The translations under genes and the position numbers were made by a program. From Candidatus Saccharimonadota bacterium (GTDB lineage: Bacteria; Patescibacteriota; Gracilibacteria; UBA1369; 2-02-FULL-48-14), in the NCBI GenBank assembly GCA_041661045.1, contig JBAZVE010000001.1, positions 60,001 through 92,000 of the forward strand: DNA of 32,000 nt. The letters are read 5' to 3'. The notes beneath the pieces were generated by a model, which saw nothing but the letters and a program-made list of their open reading frames with translations, ran no database searches and was not told where the DNA came from. Numbering within the stretch: position 1 is the first letter of the stretch; the number at the start of each line of letters is the position of its first letter. This document shows, piece after piece, positions 26,557 to 32,000 of the stretch.

Positions 26557-27625
26557 CATCTCCGTCTTTCACAAGATATTCCTTCCCCTCTAAGCGCAGA
26601 AGGCCTTTTTCTCGAGCTTTTGCCTCCCCTTGGCAGTCCACAAAATCTTTCCAATTGATCACCTCGGCACGAATAAATCCTTTTTCAAAATCGGTGTGAA
26701 TCACTCCCGCTGCTTGAGGTGCCGTTGCTCCTTTTTTTACCGTCCATGCGCGCACTTCTTTTTCGCCCGCCGTGAAATAAGTTTGTAGTCCCAAAAGATC
26801 ATAGGCCTCACGAATGATGTGCCGAAGCCCCGTTTCTTCGAGCCCGAGTTCTTTCAAGTAACTTTGCGCTTCTTCAGGGGTAAAGCTCACCAAATCGGCC
26901 TCCACTTTTGCGGAAATGGGAATGATTTTGGTTTGCGGCGCCAAGCCCAAAAGCTCACGCAGTTCACTCTCCTTAATCGTGGCCACCTCCTCCTCTCCCG
27001 TGTTCACAATCACCATTTGAGGTTTCATGGTGATGAGGTGCAAATCGCGAATGAGCTCCTTTTCTTCTTCTGTTAAATCGATTTGAATCGCCAATTTTCC
27101 GGACTCCAACTCGGGCTTAATTTTTTCCAAAATGGCGTGGACAGCCACTTTTTCTTTTGCACCGCCACGGGCCTCACTGGCGGATTTGATCATGCGTTTT
27201 TCCAGTGTTTGAAGGTCTGCCAAAATGAGTTCCGATTCTATGATTTCGCGGTCTCTTTTGGGGTCCACACTGTCGTGCACATGCGTCACATTTCCATCTT
27301 TAAAATAGCGCACCACTTGGGCGATGGCATTGCATTCACGAATGTGAGAAAGAAACTGATTCCCGAGTCCCTCCCCTTGGCTCGCGCCCTTCACCAAACC
27401 GGCGATATCCACGAATTCCACAATGGCGGGGATGACTTTTTGTGTGTGCGTCACTTCCTTGAGCGCGGCCAATCGTTCATCCGGCACTTCCACCACTCCC
27501 ACATTGGGATCAATGGTGCAAAAAGGGTAGTTGGCCGCTTGGGCCGCCTGACTGCGCGTGAGGGCATTGAACAGAGTGGATTTCCCCACATTGGGCAGGC
27601 CGACGATGGCGATTTGAAGATTCAT
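26531..27625 (-). CDS. ychF: Obg-like ATPase YchF
   Basis: [23 protein letters not shown] (G1), [20 protein letters not shown] (G3), and a C-terminal TGS-like region ..[32 protein letters not shown]. Confidence 0.95.
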   Translation of the reverse strand: MNLQIAIVGLPNVGKSTLFNALTRSQAAQAANYPFCTIDPNVGVVEVPDERLAALKEVTHTQKVIPAIVEFVDIAGLVKGASQGEGLGNQFLSHIRECNAIAQVVRYFKDGNVTHVHDSVDPKRDREIIESELILADLQTLEKRMIKSASEARGGAKEKVAVHAILEKIKPELESGKLAIQIDLTEEEKELIRDLHLITMKPQMVIVNTGEEEVATIKESELRELLGLAPQTKIIPISAKVEADLVSFTPEEAQSYLKELGLEETGLRHIIREAYDLLGLQTYFTAGEKEVRAWTVKKGATAPQAAGVIHTDFEKGFIRAEVINWKDFVDCQGEAKAREKGLLRLEGKEYLVKDGDVMHFRFSS

Positions 27626-27626
27626 A

Positions 27627-27935
27627 TTAGATGTAAAGCAAGGTGGTGCCCTTGTTTTTTACCAGAGTTGTGAACTCCGCGTCCAGCTCCAAATCCTTTG
27701 GAATTTTTACAAAGGGCAGACTTGCTTTGGCTGCGCGTTTGGCCATGTCCAGGGTACGGGTGCGCCCAATAATGGGTTTGTCGAAAGAATTTTGTATCAC
27801 GCGGAGGTCTCCCTTCACCCGCATATTGTCCAGATCCACTTCAAAGAGATCCGCGTCATCGTGGAAGCGCCGGAGCTGGCGCACCAGCAGTACAAAACTT
27901 TCGGGATTCAGTTCAAGAATGCGTTGGGTGTCCAT
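27627..27935 (-). CDS. hypothetical protein (102 aa), tightly coupled to ychF
   Basis: The ORF ends 1 nt before the ychF ATG. It has a leaderless-geometry promoter. No motif recognised. Confidence 0.55.
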   Translation of the reverse strand: MDTQRILELNPESFVLLVRQLRRFHDDADLFEVDLDNMRVKGDLRVIQNSFDKPIIGRTRTLDMAKRAAKASLPFVKIPKDLELDAEFTTLVKNKGTTLLYI

Positions 27936-27952
27936 AAACTCTATGCTAGAGT
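27924..27952 (+). promoter_or_regulatory. candidate leaderless promoter for 27959..28414
   Basis: TTGGGT (27924..27929), 17-nt spacer, TAGAGT (27947..27952), then 6 nt to ATG at 27959. The -35 lies inside the divergent gene. Confidence 0.35.
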
Positions 27953-27971
27953 AAAAGCATGAACTTCACAA
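27943..27971 (-). promoter_or_regulatory. candidate leaderless promoter for 27627..27935
   Basis: Minus strand TTGTGA (27971..27966), 17-nt spacer, TAGCAT (27948..27943), then 7 nt to ATG at 27935. The -35 lies inside the divergent gene, and the -10 overlaps the plus-strand -10 by 2 nt. Confidence 0.35.
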
Positions 27972-28414
27972 TCGCCGCTTTTGCCGATTATTTGCCCAAA
28001 GTCTTGCTTGTACTCCTGGTTTTGGTGGTGGCGGTGCTGGCCAATCGCGTACTGAGATTTAGAAAAGTCCCCTTCCTTCGACCCTTCCGCAGTTTCCTCA
28101 TTTGGTCTTTTGCCCTCCTGCTTATTTTGAGTAATTTGGGCTTCGATGTCACCTCCCTCATTGCGGGGCTTGGAATTGGAGGGCTCGCGGTGGCTCTGGG
28201 GCTTCAAAGCACTTTGGAAAATATTTTTAGTTCCATCACTTTGCTTGCCGAAAAAACTTTCGCCGTGGGGGACACTATTCGCCTCACGGGTAGCGAAGAA
28301 GGCAAGGTCCTTAAAATGGGTTTCCGTAGCAGTATTTTGGAAACCGCGGATAAGAAAATTCTTATCATCCCAAACAAACTGCTGGTCAATGGGATTATTG
28401 AAAAAAAACAATGA
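27959..28414 (+). CDS. MscS-like small mechanosensitive channel, minimal form (151 aa)
   Basis: Three hydrophobic helices. The third, SLIAGLGIGGLAVALGLQSTLENIFSSITLL, matches the MscS pore helix pattern. It is followed by AEKTFAVGDTIRL..GKVLKMGFRSSILETADKKILIIPNKLL (beta-domain start). The usual C-terminal alpha-beta domain is absent. Confidence 0.75.
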   Translation: MNFTIAAFADYLPKVLLVLLVLVVAVLANRVLRFRKVPFLRPFRSFLIWSFALLLILSNLGFDVTSLIAGLGIGGLAVALGLQSTLENIFSSITLLAEKTFAVGDTIRLTGSEEGKVLKMGFRSSILETADKKILIIPNKLLVNGIIEKKQ

Positions 28415-29112
28415 AAAAATTCACCGCACAACTTGTAAAAGTTCTGGCTCTTAACCAAGACACCTTTCAATTTGATTTTGAATTTCTGGAGGAGCCTGTG
28501 GATTTTAAGGCTGGGCAATTTTTTATGATTGAGGTCCCGGATGGCGAGAAGAAAATCACTCGTGCCTATTCCGTTTCCAGTTCCCCCGACTTTAAAAAAG
28601 GATTTTCTTTTTGCGTTAAAATTTTGCCGGATGGCAAAGCCTCTCAGTATTTGAAGAGCCTTGAAATTGGACAGACCGCCTCGTTTATGGGTTCTTTTGG
28701 TCACTTTGTATTGGCGGATTCCCCCAAAGATATTGTGATGGTGGCCACCGGCACGGGTCTCGCGCCTTTTATGAGCATGCTCCCCACGCTTTTTGCACAG
28801 GGCTGGACATGGCCCATCACCCTTTATTTTGGTGTGCGCCATGAAGAGGATTTGTTTTATATCGATGAATTGCGCAAATGGGAAAAAGAACACCACAACT
28901 TTAAAGCTTTGGTGACCCTCTCCCAGCCCTCTGAGGCTTGGACCGGTGAAAAAGGCCGCGTCACTGAGCATTTGGCTGAACTCAATATTGAGAATGTTCA
29001 AGTGTATATTTGTGGGAATGGAGATATGGTGAAGAGTGTGAAAGAAATGATGGACAGCAAAGGGCTTCAGAAAACGGATCTCCATTTAGAACAATTTACC
29101 CCCTTAAAATGA
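28411..29112 (+). CDS. FNR-family FAD/NAD(P)H oxidoreductase (ferredoxin-NADP reductase-like)
   Basis: RAYSVSS (RxYS FAD motif), MVATGTGLAPFMSM (GTGxAP NAD(P) motif) and YICGNGDMVKSV. ATGA overlap with the MscS-like gene. Confidence 0.85.
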   Translation: MKKFTAQLVKVLALNQDTFQFDFEFLEEPVDFKAGQFFMIEVPDGEKKITRAYSVSSSPDFKKGFSFCVKILPDGKASQYLKSLEIGQTASFMGSFGHFVLADSPKDIVMVATGTGLAPFMSMLPTLFAQGWTWPITLYFGVRHEEDLFYIDELRKWEKEHHNFKALVTLSQPSEAWTGEKGRVTEHLAELNIENVQVYICGNGDMVKSVKEMMDSKGLQKTDLHLEQFTPLK

Positions 29113-29693
29113 AATTTCTTTTTACACTATTCACGGCCGCTCTGTTTTTGACGGGCTGTGCTCCTTCCGCCACAGTGGACACTTCCACCTGGGAAAATTA
29201 TGAAAATGAATACTACCGTTTTGCCCTGAGTTTTCCTGAAGATTATTCCACTTGTATGAATGCTTACTGTATCAATGAAATCCCCGCCGATGCTCTCTCC
29301 ACTCTCACTGTTTTAAATGCAAGCGGTGCGACCGTGCTCAGCGTCCAACCTTACAAAAATGACCTCGGCATGAGCGCCATGGCCTATGGCGAAAAAGCTG
29401 CGGAAGACAATGAGGGGATCACGAACGCCGGTGCCACCACTTTTGCGGGCCAAGAAGCTTTTGCATTCACCACTGCCGGAGATTTTTATGAACCCGGTGG
29501 TGCCCGAGGCATTACCGAAGACGGCCACATCAGTTTACTTTACGATGCCGACGCCACCGAAATTCCTTTTGTGGAGGTGAATGGCAGCAGTCGAGTGATT
29601 TACACCGACTACAATGGCTATTTCTACCGAATCACTTACCGGGAGATCGGTGAAGAAATTGAAGCCATGGTGCAAAGCTTTAAATTTTTATGA
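29109..29693 (+). CDS. putative lipoprotein
   Basis: The track ORF 29010.. is an upstream extension. The ATG at 29109 (ATGA overlap with the FNR stop) gives MKFLFTLFTAALFLTGCAPS with lipobox LTGC. Confidence 0.75.
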   Translation: MKFLFTLFTAALFLTGCAPSATVDTSTWENYENEYYRFALSFPEDYSTCMNAYCINEIPADALSTLTVLNASGATVLSVQPYKNDLGMSAMAYGEKAAEDNEGITNAGATTFAGQEAFAFTTAGDFYEPGGARGITEDGHISLLYDADATEIPFVEVNGSSRVIYTDYNGYFYRITYREIGEEIEAMVQSFKFL

Positions 29694-29737
29694 GGAGGGC
29701 TTTTGGCATGTGAGCTGTGTGCGCGCACCGTCTTCAC

Positions 29738-29758
29738 AGTCCGCCCGGGCGGACTTTT
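29738..29758 (+). terminator. intrinsic terminator after the MscS/FNR/lipoprotein operon
   Basis: AGTCCGCCCGGGCGGACT followed by TTT. It is identical over 20 nt to the terminator at 21954. Confidence 0.55.
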
Positions 29759-29999
29759 AGCCTCGATTTTTGGCTTAAATAAGGCGTTTGTGTTTTGAAA
29801 GGTCCTTGCCACTGAGAGATGGATGAATGGTGTGCCAGATGAAGGGAATGCAAAAAACATGCGTGGATGGATTGCGGAGTTGGGTTATTCCCCAGGTGAA
29901 TACCGTATGGGTATTGCAGAAGGCCACCTCACCACTCCTCCGTCAGCCTCAGTCACTTGTTTGGGGTGGTGGAAGATCTCTTAAAATGAAATCATTGCT

Positions 30000-30027
30000 T
30001 TGACTATTTTGAAAAAGGATTTACAAT
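30000..30027 (+). promoter_or_regulatory. candidate promoter for 30054..30860
   Basis: TTGACT (30000..30005), 16-nt spacer, TACAAT (30022..30027). An AAGGA at 30043..30047 lies 6 nt before the ATG. Confidence 0.5.
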
Positions 30028-30053
30028 CACTACTTATTCATTAAGGATTAAAG

Positions 30054-30860
30054 ATGAGTATAGATCATAGAAAAGAAGACTCTGAGCGGTATCATCGGCG
30101 TTTAGCGTCCGTGATTCATTGGTTTTCTCAGGATGTTAACTCAAGCAACGCCGCAAGCTATTTCGAAGCGATTGGCGGTGAGTTAATGACTGAACTCCAC
30201 TGCCATACTTCTGTTGGAGTCTCTACTCTACACACACAATGGAGGGCTCTTGATCGAAGCTCTCTTCCCGAGATCAGGGTTTTCCTGGATGATGTGATGG
30301 CCGCTTACAACTTGGGTGCCCGTCCAGATTTAACTGAAACCCTTAAAGACTTGAATACTCTCTGGTGGGAGGTGGCTAACGACAGAGGACTCACTGAGAG
30401 ACAATGGGGGATTAAAGGAGCAGTCCGGAGAGTTTATATGGATCCAGAATTTTTGCCGGGAGAGGCCAACCGGCACAGTCCTGATTTTTTTGCATCTAGA
30501 TCTAGTATTGGACACGAATACTCCGTAGCCATATCTACGGTAAAGCAGGTTAAAAATAGGTTGCCTAGTGTCCGAACATTTGACTCTGAATGTTTAGATT
30601 TGGTGAGCACTTTAATCAATTTACTGCCACCATCCTTTGCTCATCGAAAAGAGGAATGGAAGACACTGAGGCTGGCCCCGCACGAAATAAGATTTTCAGG
30701 GGTTTTAGCTTTTCTTGATTCTTTAGAACAAGGTCTTGAGGAAGAACTAAGTATGCGGGTTCCTAAAACTGATATGTATTCTCCAGAAAGTGCAGCTCTC
30801 CATCAAAAAAATTTAGCTGACAGTTTAGATGCTTTGGATGGAGCCATTTGGGGGACTTAA
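30054..30860 (+). CDS. hypothetical protein (orphan, tRNA-adjacent cassette cargo)
   Basis: 268-aa ORF with its own promoter and an SD-like AAGGA. No motif recognised. 14 of 268 codons are TTA/CTA/TCA, which is atypical for this window. Confidence 0.75.
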   Translation: MSIDHRKEDSERYHRRLASVIHWFSQDVNSSNAASYFEAIGGELMTELHCHTSVGVSTLHTQWRALDRSSLPEIRVFLDDVMAAYNLGARPDLTETLKDLNTLWWEVANDRGLTERQWGIKGAVRRVYMDPEFLPGEANRHSPDFFASRSSIGHEYSVAISTVKQVKNRLPSVRTFDSECLDLVSTLINLLPPSFAHRKEEWKTLRLAPHEIRFSGVLAFLDSLEQGLEEELSMRVPKTDMYSPESAALHQKNLADSLDALDGAIWGT

Positions 30861-30864
30861 TAAG

Positions 30865-30939
30865 TGGTGCCGCGAGACGGAATTGAACCATCGACACGAG
30901 GATTTTCAATCCTCTGCTCTACCACTGAGCTACCGCGGC
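30865..30939 (-). tRNA. tRNA-Phe (anticodon GAA), CCA encoded
   Basis: The reverse complement folds as a 75-nt cloverleaf: GCCGCGG-TA-GCTC-AGTGGTA-GAGC-A-GAGGA-TTGAAAA-TCCTC-GTGTC-GATGG-TTCAATT-CCGTC-TCGCGGC-A-CCA. Confidence 0.93.
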
Positions 30940-31010
30940 ACTCGGCAGACCTTTGAGTCTGCTGAGGGCTAGTTTACTGATTTCTTTGGACAGCGCAACG
31001 AAAAATAAGC

Positions 31011-31039
31011 TTGCAGTTCTTAAAAAGTCGTTTTATACT
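31011..31039 (+). promoter_or_regulatory. candidate promoter for the L33-like gene
   Basis: TTGCAG (31011..31016), 17-nt spacer, TATACT (31034..31039), 24 nt before the ATG at 31064. Confidence 0.45.
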
Positions 31040-31063
31040 CCTCCAGCTTTCGACTAAACAATT

Positions 31064-31261
31064 ATGGCAAAAGGTAAATCAACTCCGTATGTCTGGATCT
31101 GCCAGGAAACCCGAATGATCAATGGATCAGGTTGGGCTCAACGAGAAAAAATAAAGGACATGACTCGTATGAAGTATTGTCCTACGCTTCGAAAGCGCAC
31201 TGAGCACAAGGCTAAACCTGTTAAGAAGGGTGGAACCAAGGCTTTAGTTAACGCCAAATAG
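31064..31261 (+). CDS. rpmG: ribosomal protein L33-like (divergent)
   Basis: The 65-aa basic protein [17 protein letters not shown]...[20 protein letters not shown] matches the L33 C-terminal pattern K(K/F)YCP..(K/R)K.T.HKE.K. The central Y.T.KN motif is not evident. There is an extra ~12-aa C-terminal tail. Confidence 0.55.
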   Translation: MAKGKSTPYVWICQETRMINGSGWAQREKIKDMTRMKYCPTLRKRTEHKAKPVKKGGTKALVNAK

Positions 31262-31942
31262 TTTTCCGAGCAGGTCTCCCACAAGGTAAGCGATGGCTGC
31301 GGCCGTACCGCCCATTAAGGCTGTCTCCATACCGGTTGCAAGCCAGTGACGGTTGCTGAATCGGGATTTAACCGTACCCACAAAAAACAGGGCCAGGAGC
31401 GTGCTCAAACAGGTTCCAAGAAAAATATTCTTCCCGTCTCCTCCCACAACGCTTTGAAATGAGTAGCCCAAAAGGGGGATGAGCCCGATGACGATGAAGG
31501 CCATGAAAGTGGAAAAGGCGCCTTTTAACGGGTTGATGTTCTCCTCAATCACATTGAATTCATGGTTCAGCATGATTTTGAGCCAGGTTTTGGGGTTGCT
31601 GGTGATCACTGTTTCCGCCCTATTCAAATCTTCTCCTTTGAATCCGAATTTACGGAAGATTTCCCGAATTTCTTCGCGTTCTTCATGAGGTTTTTCCAAA
31701 ATAGACTGCATTTCGTCCAGTTTTATGGAGTGAATACGGTCCAGTTCTGATTTGTCGCTCAAATATTTTCCTGTGGCCATCGAGAAGCCATCCGCAAGCA
31801 GATTTGCAAAACCAAGGATCAAAATAACAGGTGTAGAGAGCTCGGCCCCCACCACCCCCGCCACCACGGCAAAAGTGGTTACGGCACCGTCGATTCCCCC
31901 ATAAACGAAGTCCGGGAACCAGTTGTAATGATTTTTTTTCAT
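31244..31942 (-). CDS. VIT1/CCC1 family iron/manganese transporter
   Basis: N-terminus [22 protein letters not shown], a central cytosolic acidic helix region ([21 protein letters not shown]), and C-terminal TM helices typical of the VIT family. Confidence 0.85.
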   Translation of the reverse strand: MKKNHYNWFPDFVYGGIDGAVTTFAVVAGVVGAELSTPVILILGFANLLADGFSMATGKYLSDKSELDRIHSIKLDEMQSILEKPHEEREEIREIFRKFGFKGEDLNRAETVITSNPKTWLKIMLNHEFNVIEENINPLKGAFSTFMAFIVIGLIPLLGYSFQSVVGGDGKNIFLGTCLSTLLALFFVGTVKSRFSNRHWLATGMETALMGGTAAAIAYLVGDLLGKLFGVN

Positions 31943-32000
31943 AGCGTTGGCTTATTGCATCTATTACAATACTCCTGTTTTTACGCACCCTCCACATGAA

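Noticed and set aside
29823-29984. 53-codon ORF (MNGVPDEGNAKNMRGWIAELGYSPGEYRMGIAEGHLTTPPSASVTCLGWWKIS) in the long spacer upstream of the tRNA-Phe cassette gene.
   Set aside because: I could find no promoter, SD or leaderless geometry, and there is no recognisable motif. It may be a gene remnant. I did not list it as a feature.
29860-29990. Possible structured ncRNA in the 360-nt spacer (CACCAC...GTGGTG pairing; a faint look of SRP-like GGAAG/GCAG strings).
   Set aside because: There is only a 6-bp stem with a ~28-nt loop. It matches none of the conserved SRP, 6S, tmRNA or RNase P cores that I know.
31943-32000. Mn-sensing yybP-ykoY riboswitch upstream of the VIT1 transporter.
   Set aside because: Only 58 nt of upstream sequence fall inside the window, and they do not show the conserved core. 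This cannot be assessed here.

Overview
This 32-kb window comes from a compact bacterial chromosome. It uses the standard genetic code: TGA acts as a stop, often inside ATGA start/stop overlaps. About 95% of the window is genic, with 30 supported protein genes and 2 tRNAs.

Recognisable core genes:
- archaeal-type ProRS and an S8 subtilase, followed by tRNA-Val(GAC)
- a Nudix hydrolase overlapping a 1025-aa UvrD-type helicase fused to a Cas4/AddB-type nuclease
- ComFC, two GT4 glycosyltransferases, DnaX, a FolC-like ligase and LigA
- a sortase, MnmA, bifunctional Rel and YchF
- a mini MscS-like channel, FNR-like reductase and lipoprotein operon
- tRNA-Phe(GAA), an L33-like protein and a VIT1/CCC1 transporter

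Interleaved are lineage-specific proteins with no assignable family. These include two paralogous Pro-rich proteins, a 130-aa/522-aa pair, a 550-aa bitopic protein with a lipoprotein, and a 102-aa protein.

Shine-Dalgarno sequences are nearly absent, many promoters have leaderless geometry, and the gene set is small-genome in style. This suggests an uncultivated lineage such as CPR/Patescibacteria, but that is inference only.

I found no CRISPR array, transposase, integrase, rRNA, or recognisable defence or toxin system.

Most noteworthy observations:
1. Two mirror-image orphan-gene cassettes of about 1.1 kb each sit against the 3' ends of tRNA-Val and tRNA-Phe. Both are clear codon-usage outliers and carry their own consensus promoters.
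2. A pair of back-to-back promoters shares one -35 region. One transcript would be leaderless; the other would have a roughly 137-nt leader with a terminator-like hairpin and a uORF.
3. Promoter -10 elements recur 6-7 nt upstream of start codons.
4. A Pro-rich protein family with a shared helical C-terminal domain is unclassified.
5. All five convergent gene pairs overlap.

None of these amounts to a demonstrated new system; they are leads.
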